From: Myxococcota bacterium | Lineage (GTDB): Bacteria > Myxococcota_A > Polyangia > Polyangiales > Houyiibacteriaceae | Length of the DNA: 64,000 bases | Direction of reading: 5' to 3' | Assembly: GCA_039030515.1 (NCBI GenBank) | Contig: JBCCEA010000010.1 | Span: 66,374-130,373, forward strand | In this document: piece after piece, positions 19,645 through 27,622 of the stretch | Numbering within the stretch: position 1 is the stretch's first letter | Layout: the number at the start of each line of letters is the position of its first letter | Position numbers and translations under genes: made by a program | Notes under the pieces: generated by a model | The model's database searches: none | Seen by the model: the letters and a program-made list of their open reading frames with translations, nothing else | Told to the model about the DNA's origin: nothing

Positions 19645-19676
19645 ACTAAAGCGAAACGGCGCAAGGAGGCAACGGA

Positions 19677-19859
19677 ATGTCGTTCTGGTCTGACGCGAGT
19701 CCGATAGTTAAGGGCGCGATTGTAGGTGGTGGCGTGTGCTTGGTGTTTGCCTTCTGGGCGCTCCTAGGACTTCCACCCTTTAGTACAGAGGCGGAAACCA
19801 CTCAGGTTCGTGGTATTCAGCCAGGAATAGAACCTGGCGCACCTGCTGCAGCAGAATAG
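19677..19859 (+). CDS. Small single-pass membrane protein (60 aa)
   Basis: AAGGAGG RBS, its own promoter, and one TM helix (IVKGAIVGGGVCLVFAFWALLGL). Confidence 0.75.
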   Translation: MSFWSDASPIVKGAIVGGGVCLVFAFWALLGLPPFSTEAETTQVRGIQPGIEPGAPAAAE

Positions 19860-20054
19860 GTTTGAGACATTCCCCATCCAGTCTGATGTTCGACTGATTC
19901 GACGTTTAACCGTAGTCGTCGGGGCTTTGCGTCCTGCGGATTCGAGTCATCGCTCACTCGATATGGATGGGGAAACACGTCTACCCGTCGATCCACTATG
20001 TTATCGATCAGGATCGAGCTTGTCATGTTCTATGGTGCCTCTGACCATGGGCGC

Positions 20055-21461
20055 TCAATCGCCGCTATCGATATCTACGGTGCCGTGAATCGTACGCTCA
20101 TATGCATCACCGACTTCAATGCACACCTCGCGTAACTCGATCCCGCCTCCAACGAGAAGCGCCACTGGATCGACCTCGACCGAACGAACTTTGTCGTCGA
20201 AATCTTGAGTAAATGCGGTCAGCCTGAGCAGCACGTCGTGAATGTTGGAAATAGAGTCTTGCTGGTCACGGTAGCGCTCTGCACTCAACAGCGAGTTTCC
20301 CTGCAGCCGACTCAGCGTGCATTCCAATTGCTCCACTGAAGCTGGTAGTACGGTCTCGAGCCGATCCTCGGTTGCGATTCCGTGAGGATCGCTAAAGCCG
20401 AGACTCATGTGAACTTCCCCGGTGTTTAGGGCGCGCGCTTTGAGCCACAAAAGGGCGTGGGCTGGCGATGTAGCGCTGACGGTCACCCCTAAGATTCTGG
20501 CTCCTGGCGTTCTAGCCTTGGCCAGCGCAGTGATTTGGCGATACACGTCTCTAACGCGAGCAGCATTGTCGACCCCGTCGGCAGCGAGCTCTGGATGATC
20601 CCAGATGCGCAAATCTGGCGAAGCCAAGGCGATGCGCACTGGAAATCCGATGCGCGTAGCCTCGGCCGCGGCGCGTGAAGGACTGGTGCATAGTTCCTCG
20701 TTGGGAAATGGAAGATCGTAAGCGGATAGCGCTTGCTTGCTCGCCGGGTCAGAGAGCGCACGTTCCGGTCCAAAGAGTACGTCCGCGACCACCTCGAGGT
20801 TCACTCCCTCTACTTGAGGTCTACCGGGGCGCCTATGTGTTCGGCCTGCGTGAGATTGGTAAAACGCATCGATCGCAATTGCCACATCACGAGCCTCTCC
20901 GAGGCAAGACGATCGCCTCTCACGTTCAGCGACGACGAAGCTCGATTGCGCTGATTGGTACCGAAGTTTCTCTTGATTGCCTACGATGTACGGCTGTAGC
21001 CGTATCCTCTGTGCTGGGTGTACGTGACGAATGGAGCCGCTCCACGGTTTTTCGGCACCCACAACCCTAAGGCCTACTGCAGCGATAAGCGGCCTTATTT
21101 CATCGACTGCGACGAGACCTAGATCGCGCGCCAAATCGCGGAGCGTTAAACTCGTTCGGTCGGATTTGAGGATCGCAAGAAGCGAGATGGGGTGGGACTT
21201 GGAGAGGTTGATGAGATGCTCAATCTCGGGAGCAAGGGTGAGGGCGAATGCGATATGGCGTTCCGGCGCTCTCGACGCTACTGCCTCCTCTACGGGAGAA
21301 GCGGCGTAGTGCGGTTCCACCAGAAGTCCGACCGAGCTGGCAACGTTTTCACACTCGATTGCCAGGTCTGAAGAGTCGCACCAAATCTCAAATGCCTTCG
21401 CCATCCGTTCTCGAACCATAGTCAACGTAGGAGAAAGATGCCCGCTTTCGGTTGTTTGCAC
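20055..21461 (-). CDS. Acetate--CoA ligase family ATP-grasp domain protein, degenerate
   Basis: SKQALSAYDLP...AATRIGFPV...ASPD...RILGVTV...GFSDPHG...VEVDPV resembles the ATP-grasp_5 domain. Start uncertain. Confidence 0.7.
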   Translation of the reverse strand: MQTTESGHLSPTLTMVRERMAKAFEIWCDSSDLAIECENVASSVGLLVEPHYAASPVEEAVASRAPERHIAFALTLAPEIEHLINLSKSHPISLLAILKSDRTSLTLRDLARDLGLVAVDEIRPLIAAVGLRVVGAEKPWSGSIRHVHPAQRIRLQPYIVGNQEKLRYQSAQSSFVVAERERRSSCLGEARDVAIAIDAFYQSHAGRTHRRPGRPQVEGVNLEVVADVLFGPERALSDPASKQALSAYDLPFPNEELCTSPSRAAAEATRIGFPVRIALASPDLRIWDHPELAADGVDNAARVRDVYRQITALAKARTPGARILGVTVSATSPAHALLWLKARALNTGEVHMSLGFSDPHGIATEDRLETVLPASVEQLECTLSRLQGNSLLSAERYRDQQDSISNIHDVLLRLTAFTQDFDDKVRSVEVDPVALLVGGGIELREVCIEVGDAYERTIHGTVDIDSGD

Positions 21462-21654
21462 GTGCCGCAGGCGTTGCTCTCAAGGTCAACGCGCAGCTGC
21501 ATGGCCGCTCTGACTTAAGTTCGGTCGTGCCGAAGCGGCGCTCCAGATCGGCCGTTTGAGAATCGGAGATGATCTATCCGAACCGGACAGGCTTCGTTTG
21601 TCGCTTAGATGTAAGTGTAGCGAGGATATGGCTCGCTCCAAATGCGGTACGGGC

Positions 21655-21684
21655 TTGACCGGAAGCCACTCACGGTGATACTCG
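21655..21684 (+). promoter_or_regulatory. Putative sigma70-type promoter (TTGACC; -10 either GATACT at N16 or TG-A-TACTCG at N18)
   Basis: Good -35 element. The predicted start site (~21689-21691) coincides with the 5' end of the structured leader. Confidence 0.5.
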
Positions 21685-21688
21685 AAAA

Positions 21689-21860
21689 CGTCTCGGAGGG
21701 TTGCTTTTAGACGGGCTCTAAGAGCTGATTTCTCCCATCGAGCCTATGGGGTGTGTTCCTTGCGAATAAGGAGATTCCTTCTTTCGCATTTCTTTGGGGC
21801 TCAGTCAGAACGCGCGGTGCACGCCCTCCGAACATCTAATCTAATGGGAGAGACGGCAGC
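21689..21860 (+). promoter_or_regulatory. Highly structured 5' leader, candidate cis-regulatory RNA
   Basis: Nested stems identified by eye (see finding), with G-U pairs favouring the + strand and an 8-nt anti-SD segment. Confidence 0.45.
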
Positions 21861-23345
21861 ATGCGGCTGAAGATTATCGCCGGCAATTTGGTAACGCTCT
21901 TAACCGTCGGACTCGTCTCGTACCTCTACGTTGGAATGAGACTGAGTGATGAGTTAGGGCGCCAGGTCGATGCGCGTATCGACAACGATCAAGATCTGCT
22001 GGATCGCTCTCTTCGATTGCTTGCAAGCGATTTTGTCAGGGATACGGTCGACAGAGCTGCAACTCGAGAACTCAAATCTACCCTCAATACGTCCGATCCG
22101 CGAAACCGCGCGCAAAGGGTCTATCAGCAGTGTGAGTCCATTGCGGCTTGGTTTCGGGATCCGGCAAGAGGTTTTCAGGGTCCTCCAGACATCGTTCTGG
22201 TGACCGACGAACGCGGGAAAGTGGTCGCAAGAAACAAAGACGTCAATGCGATGCACGACGTGTCCATTGTCGGCCAAGTTCCGGCTGTGGCCGGGGTTCT
22301 CGAGGACGGTCGGTCACGCCACGACGTTTGGCTCAAACACGATGAGAACAAGGTCATGCACATCGCGACGGCGCCGGTTCGAAGCGAGCAGGGGGGTCTG
22401 CTTGGGGTGCTTCTCGTGGGATACGATCTGTCCAATGGGATGGCACAAAAGATAAGTCACGTGCTCGAGTCCGAGGTCGCTTTCGTCACTCATGACCGTG
22501 TCTACAGCTGGTCGCTTAACGGAGACAGTGCACCATTTTGGACGCTTCTATCCGATAACCATGGCCGTGCGGTAGAGGAGGCGTTGCGCGGTGAACGTAG
22601 CAACGCCTTCCGGGTCGACCTCCGAGGGCAGCAATACGTGGTCATGTTGGCTCGTTTGCCGGCCGCTCCCTCTACGCCGGTAGGGTACGCAGTTCTTTCC
22701 AACCGAACTCAAGCGATGGGGCTCTCTTCATTGTCGAATATGATACTGCTGATGACTGCGCTCGGGGCACTGGTTGTGGTCGTTTACGGATTCATTACGG
22801 GAACACAGTTCCTAAGACCTATGGAGGAGATCGAGGACGCGGTGCTCGCCATCATTAACGGCAATACCGATCGGCGTATCGACATCAAGAGCTCAGAGTT
22901 TGGGGGCTTGGCCTATCGGATCAACCAGTTGGTCAACCTATTCACCGGAGTCTCCGAAGAGGATGAGAACGGCAGAGTCTCCTCTCGTGGTATGCCGTCG
23001 GTCGATCCTGCGGGAAACTGGCAGGGCGCTGCGTTTCAGGATGGAGGGGAAAAGGCCGAGAAACCTTCTCCTGCGAGCCCAAACGCGCCTTTGGACGACC
23101 CGGCGCTAAGCGCTACGCTGGCGGCCGAGCCTGCGGAAGTCTACTACAATCGGGTTTTCGGCGAATACGTGGCGGCAAAGCAGGCTGCCGGTGAAGACGT
23201 ATCCAACATACCCCAGGAGCGCTTCATCAAGCGATTGGAAGCCAATGCTAAGGCACTCGCCAAGAGGCATGGAGTGGCTTCCGTTCGTTTTCAGGTCGCA
23301 CGTCAGGGCAATCAAGTCATTCTTAAGCCCGTATTGCTGCGGTAG
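21861..23345 (+). CDS. Membrane sensor-like protein: Cache-like periplasmic domain, HAMP, MXAN_5187-type C-terminal domain
   Basis: Two TM helices; IVLVTDERGKVVAR (Cache-like); RPMEEI...GNTDRRI...EFGGLAYRIN (HAMP); C-terminal VFGEYVAAKQAAGE...SVRFQV...VILKP. Confidence 0.75.
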   Translation: MRLKIIAGNLVTLLTVGLVSYLYVGMRLSDELGRQVDARIDNDQDLLDRSLRLLASDFVRDTVDRAATRELKSTLNTSDPRNRAQRVYQQCESIAAWFRDPARGFQGPPDIVLVTDERGKVVARNKDVNAMHDVSIVGQVPAVAGVLEDGRSRHDVWLKHDENKVMHIATAPVRSEQGGLLGVLLVGYDLSNGMAQKISHVLESEVAFVTHDRVYSWSLNGDSAPFWTLLSDNHGRAVEEALRGERSNAFRVDLRGQQYVVMLARLPAAPSTPVGYAVLSNRTQAMGLSSLSNMILLMTALGALVVVVYGFITGTQFLRPMEEIEDAVLAIINGNTDRRIDIKSSEFGGLAYRINQLVNLFTGVSEEDENGRVSSRGMPSVDPAGNWQGAAFQDGGEKAEKPSPASPNAPLDDPALSATLAAEPAEVYYNRVFGEYVAAKQAAGEDVSNIPQERFIKRLEANAKALAKRHGVASVRFQVARQGNQVILKPVLLR

Positions 23346-23431
23346 TTTCTTAGGACGAGTTGAGGTGCTTGCATCTGCGCCAATACGATTCATGTCAAAG
23401 CCTATTCCTGCCGCTTTGAAATGAGGTCTTC

Positions 23432-24169
23432 GTGGGTTTGTTTGACAGATTTGGTCCCAAAGGGCGCGAGGCTCGTATTCTAAAAAAACACGGTGCGAGG
23501 GTCGCGAATCGGCGGGCGCAAAACGTCGACCGATGGGACAGTATCCGGGCGCTGTCTTCTCTAGGTTCCCCTGAGGCAGTGGAAGCGTTGCTTCGTCGAT
23601 TTACCTTTCGGGTAGATCCCAGCATCACCGACCAAGAGGAAAAAGACGCCGCGTTTCAGGCTGTCGTCGCCGTAGGGGAAGATGCCGTGCCTTCCGTTGT
23701 ACATGCGCTCCGGCGTGACCCGTCTATTGCGTGGCCATTGAAATGTCTGGAGCAGCTTGTATCTGAAGAAGAGCTGGTAGGAATACTGCTTGGTCTCTTG
23801 TCGGATATGAGCACGGAGTACGAACGTGATCCGGATCGCAAGATTCAAGTGCTGGGAATATTGGAAGAACACTCCGACCCGCGCATCGCATCTGCCGTGT
23901 TGCCATTTCTTGAGGACGTAAACGAGACAGCGAGATTCCACGCGGTGGGCACGCTGCTCGCCCAGCCTAATGCTGAAACCGCGAGCAAAGAGCTCTTTGC
24001 TCGGCTAGGGCAAGACGATAGTCTTCGACTGCGGGTCAAACTACTCGATGGATTTATCGATTCCAATTGGGCCGTACCGGACAGTGTGATCGCTGCGGTG
24101 CGAGAAAACATTCCCAGCGGTTATCACGTCAGCACGTCCGGCAAGATCAGTAGAGGAGGTGCTGTCTAG
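23432..24169 (+). CDS. HEAT-repeat protein
   Basis: SPEAVEALL, DPRIASAVLPFLEDVNETARFHAVGTL, DDSLRLR. Confidence 0.8.
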   Translation: MGLFDRFGPKGREARILKKHGARVANRRAQNVDRWDSIRALSSLGSPEAVEALLRRFTFRVDPSITDQEEKDAAFQAVVAVGEDAVPSVVHALRRDPSIAWPLKCLEQLVSEEELVGILLGLLSDMSTEYERDPDRKIQVLGILEEHSDPRIASAVLPFLEDVNETARFHAVGTLLAQPNAETASKELFARLGQDDSLRLRVKLLDGFIDSNWAVPDSVIAAVRENIPSGYHVSTSGKISRGGAV

Positions 24170-24247
24170 ATCGTTACAGACACTCACCGCAACAGGTCTG
24201 CGGCTCGCTCGAACGTCGCGCGGTGAATGCCGCATCATCGAAACAGC

Positions 24248-25102
24248 TCAATTGCTCACTGCAGCAGAGCTTGGAAGATAGATCGACACCCCCAGGGAGA
24301 CCATTTGGTTGAAGTGTGAAATGCGATCGTCAGAGTCGATGACTCCATCCGGAAAATCTCCATCTTCAGAGCCACTCTCGTCAGTGCCCGATGTATTCCA
24401 TGCGAAGGGCAAGCCACGCCATTCTGCGTTGATCGCGATAAAGTCATTGATGTAGAGTCTGATCCCTGCGCCGAATGTTGCATTCATCGTGACACGGCTT
24501 GAGCGAGCGCTTTGACTGGCGAGACATGCATCCGTTGCCTCATCACATATGCCAGCCTCGGTATGGGCTCTCTCTGTAAGTCCGACGATGCTCAAACCAA
24601 GATGGATATAAAAATCTGTGTCAACGAATATTCTCTGGAATAGTGCAAGTTTTCCTCGCAGAGGAATGAACAGCACTTGAGGTGCAATGATGAAGTCGAT
24701 AGAACCGATCTGATCAGAGAAATTGTCGCTGGAGGGCAAGCTGAGACGATTCCTATCGGTAGTCACCCCCTGACTTTCGACTTCGTCGGTAAGGCTGGTT
24801 GCCAATTGCACCGGGCTGTACATGAAGAATGCCCCAAAGCCCAACCAGTCGAGGACATGATATTCGGCACTTCCTCCGGTGAATACTGAGCGATTGTATT
24901 CATCCCTCAGAGAAAAACCCACCATCGGAGTAAGCGAGATGCGCCCACGCCGGTAGATTCGGCAGCTTCGACATGCCGGTGCTCCGGCAAGTGGGCCCGT
25001 AATCTGCACTTCTTGCGCTGCGAGAGGGCTTGCATGCGTCATCCCGAGACTCAGCATGCCGAGCAGGACGATTGAAAATAGGATTCGACGCGCTGGATTC
25101 AT
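24248..25102 (-). CDS. Myxobacterial outer-membrane beta-barrel protein (GltA/GltB/GltH family)
   Basis: Signal peptide, IPLRGKLALF, DFYIHLG, GAGIRLYINDFIAINAEWR, C-terminal beta-strand MVSLGVSIYLP. GGAG RBS before ATG 25102. Confidence 0.8.
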   Translation of the reverse strand: MNPARRILFSIVLLGMLSLGMTHASPLAAQEVQITGPLAGAPACRSCRIYRRGRISLTPMVGFSLRDEYNRSVFTGGSAEYHVLDWLGFGAFFMYSPVQLATSLTDEVESQGVTTDRNRLSLPSSDNFSDQIGSIDFIIAPQVLFIPLRGKLALFQRIFVDTDFYIHLGLSIVGLTERAHTEAGICDEATDACLASQSARSSRVTMNATFGAGIRLYINDFIAINAEWRGLPFAWNTSGTDESGSEDGDFPDGVIDSDDRISHFNQMVSLGVSIYLPSSAAVSN

Positions 25103-25119
25103 CGTTGCTCTCCGGGGGC

Positions 25120-26055
25120 TCACTTGGGCAGTTTGTACTCAAAAGAGAAAGGGAAGAACAACGTGATACCGATTTGGACGGTAACGTTGTTGACTAGCTC
25201 ACTGCTGTCGGCGAGCCATGTACTCTTGTCGTTCCTTGCCTCGCCGAGTGCTACGTCGAGACTCTCAAATCGTTCGAGGTAGAGGTAGTCACGAAACTCA
25301 GCAAACACGGTGAGAAACCGAGATAGGAAAATGCGCAGACCGATACCCACGTTAAATGCGAGTCGCATTTCATAATCGAAGGTTCGAATCTCAGGGTCGA
25401 TAATAGCGATCGGGCGTGTTCGTTGAAAACCGACCCCTCCGATCACGTAAGCATCCCATTGAAATATCCATTTGTTGAATGCCATGAACTTTCCGTAGAG
25501 AGGCACATAGGTGAAGTTCATGTGTGCACCGAGTTGCCATTCCGTTATCGGTACAGCCAGTCGGGCAGACCGTCGCACGAAAAAATTCAGATCGGATTCA
25601 CTCTGGAATCCCTCAAGATCGTACCAAAGGAAATTAAAACCGATCGCGAGTACGTTAGACCACCAGTAATTGAGCCCCAGGCCTAGCGCGCGTCTACGCA
25701 CGTAAGGATCGTTGAGCGTGAATGCGAACGATGGTGCGACCTCCAAACGGTTAAGCCGAAGGGCGAAGATTTGTTGGACCGCGTAAATCTCCTCTTCCAC
25801 CGTGGTGGTGTCGCGTGGTTCGGAATCCATTCTCGCGTTGAGCTCGTCATCGCTGAGCGCAAGATCGCCGATGATGTCACTGCCGGGTTCCAAGGCATCG
25901 CCATCAGGACCAAGGAACCCGTTCTCGTCGGTTTCTGCTGGGGTTTCTTCCTCTGTTTCCTCGAGGTCAAACGACATGTCCTGTGCAGATGTCATGGGAG
26001 CGTGTATGAGCGACTCGATGACAAGAGCCCATACTGCGAACGAAAAGTTCTTCAT
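25120..26055 (-). CDS. Myxobacterial outer-membrane beta-barrel protein (GltA/GltB family)
   Basis: Signal peptide, acidic N-terminal tail, IYAVQQ...RLEVAP...LNDPY, YVPLYGKF, GIGLRIFL, VQIGITLFFP. Start taken as ATG 26055. Confidence 0.85.
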   Translation of the reverse strand: MKNFSFAVWALVIESLIHAPMTSAQDMSFDLEETEEETPAETDENGFLGPDGDALEPGSDIIGDLALSDDELNARMDSEPRDTTTVEEEIYAVQQIFALRLNRLEVAPSFAFTLNDPYVRRRALGLGLNYWWSNVLAIGFNFLWYDLEGFQSESDLNFFVRRSARLAVPITEWQLGAHMNFTYVPLYGKFMAFNKWIFQWDAYVIGGVGFQRTRPIAIIDPEIRTFDYEMRLAFNVGIGLRIFLSRFLTVFAEFRDYLYLERFESLDVALGEARNDKSTWLADSSELVNNVTVQIGITLFFPFSFEYKLPK

Positions 26056-26184
26056 CCTAACCTCATAAAGGATTCGATCGGCCGCTGGTCCGTTCTGACG
26101 AACAGTACGTAAGCAGTCGAAATATATCGTCAATTCCCCGTGCCTTGCTGCGGGAGGCACTATATCACGGCCGAAAGTGCTCGA

Positions 26185-27540
26185 TCAATCCTGAGCCCCG
26201 GTATCTTCTGGTGACTGGAACAGAGCGTCCACAAAGCTTTCGGTTTGGAAGGCCTTGAGATCTTCAATGCGCTCTCCGATTCCGATATAGCGGACCGGTA
26301 TCTTATGGGTTTCCACAATGCCCAGTATCACGCCTCCCTTAGCGGTTCCATCGAGCTTCGTGAGGACGATGCCGGAGACGGGTAGTGCCTGCTTGAACAG
26401 CTCAGCTTGGCGAATCGCGTTTTGTCCGGTCGTAGAATCCAGCACAAGAAAGATCTCGTCCACCGGGCGTCCGGCGGCCTTTTCGGAGGAACGGAGCACT
26501 TTCTTTAGTTCTTCCATTAGGTTGTCTTTTGTGTGGAGCCGCCCTGCAGTGTCCGCGATCACCACGTCGGCTTGACGCTCGATTCCCTGTTTGATGGCCT
26601 CGTAAATCACTGCGGAAGGATCTGCGCGATCTTTACCTTTCACTACGGTACAGCCCACGCGCCTACCCCACACATCAAGCTGAAGCACTGCAGCCGCACG
26701 GAAGGTGTCGCCAGCGGCGAGGATCACGTCCTGCCCTCGATCGGAAAACTGGCTCGCCAACTTTCCGATAGTGGTGGTCTTCCCCGCGCCGTTCACGCCG
26801 ATGACTAGGATGATCTTAGGTTTGTTCTCGGAGCTCGAGGCTTTTTCTGATGTCTCTAAAATCTTCGCTGCCTCGACTCGAATTGCGTCCCAGATCTCCT
26901 CATGATGCTTCAGCTCGCCGGAAGCTACTTTGTTTTTAAGCTGCTCGAGGATGCTTTGCGTGGTTTGAACTCCGACATCTGCAGTGATCAGTACCTCTTC
27001 GATTTCGTCGAGCAGCGCTGGTGCAAGTTCATCCCTTTTACTGAAGAGCTTTGCGAGTCGTGCAACGAAGCCACCTCTTGTCGCGGACAGTCCCTTGCGA
27101 AGCGCCCGAACCTCTTCCTCCGTAGTTGCGTTGGCGGTCGATGTTCCCTCCTCTGTTGAGGGTGCATGCTCGGGTGCGACCTCAAGTTTCGAAGCCGACA
27201 GCTGCGGTGAGGCCGCTTCAGTCGGAGCAGATCCAGACTCGATATCCTCCGAACTCGCATCGGGTGCAGGCCCAGGTGCGGTTAAGGTTTCGACCGTTGG
27301 TGCCGAGCGCGCTGCGCTTGTTTCGACCGAGCGCGCTGCGCTTGTTTCGACCGAGCGCGCTGCGCTTGTTTCGACCGAACGCGCTGCGCTTGTTTCGACG
27401 TGCTCTTTGGTACCGGATGGTTGGTTCGGGCCGATTAAATTTTTCGTCGATGAGCGTTCATCAAGACTGCTCTTCCAACGAAAGAACAATACCAGAACAC
27501 CGAGGCCCGCTAAGAGGACGAGGGCTGTCCAGAATTCCAT
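26185..27540 (-). CDS. ftsY: Signal recognition particle receptor FtsY with N-terminal TM anchor
   Basis: GVNGAGKTTTIGKLA, DTFRAAA, DTAGRLH, TGQNA, TKLDGTAKGG, GIGE. Confidence 0.97.
   Translation of the reverse strand: MEFWTALVLLAGLGVLVLFFRWKSSLDERSSTKNLIGPNQPSGTKEHVETSAARSVETSAARSVETSAARSVETSAARSAPTVETLTAPGPAPDASSEDIESGSAPTEAASPQLSASKLEVAPEHAPSTEEGTSTANATTEEEVRALRKGLSATRGGFVARLAKLFSKRDELAPALLDEIEEVLITADVGVQTTQSILEQLKNKVASGELKHHEEIWDAIRVEAAKILETSEKASSSENKPKIILVIGVNGAGKTTTIGKLASQFSDRGQDVILAAGDTFRAAAVLQLDVWGRRVGCTVVKGKDRADPSAVIYEAIKQGIERQADVVIADTAGRLHTKDNLMEELKKVLRSSEKAAGRPVDEIFLVLDSTTGQNAIRQAELFKQALPVSGIVLTKLDGTAKGGVILGIVETHKIPVRYIGIGERIEDLKAFQTESFVDALFQSPEDTGAQD
27303..27399. repeat. 24-bp tandem repeat x4 within ftsY, encoding (VETSAARS)4
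   Basis: ccgagcgcgctgcgcttgtttcga x4, with one mismatch in the fourth copy. Confidence 0.97.
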
Positions 27541-27575
27541 GGTTCCTCTTGCGCAGCACTGCCACGCCGGGCAGT

Positions 27576-27605
27576 ACTATAGTTAGATGGTTCGGATTGC
27601 GTCAA
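27576..27605 (-). promoter_or_regulatory. ftsY promoter TTGACG-N18-TATAGT
   Basis: Both elements match 5/6 of consensus and lie 35 nt upstream of the ftsY ATG. Confidence 0.65.
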
Positions 27606-27622
27606 CGCGGTTGGTCTAGCTC

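Noticed and set aside
19900..19945. Minus-strand GGACGCAAAGCC resembling the c-di-GMP-I (GEMM) riboswitch core
   Set aside because: The upstream GGCAAA/GNRA hairpin and the 3' pairing segment are missing, and there is no downstream gene on that strand to regulate.
21689..21835. Identification of the rod-like structure as 6S RNA or SRP RNA
   Set aside because: It has no large symmetric central bubble and no SRP domain IV motif. Kept as an unknown leader instead.
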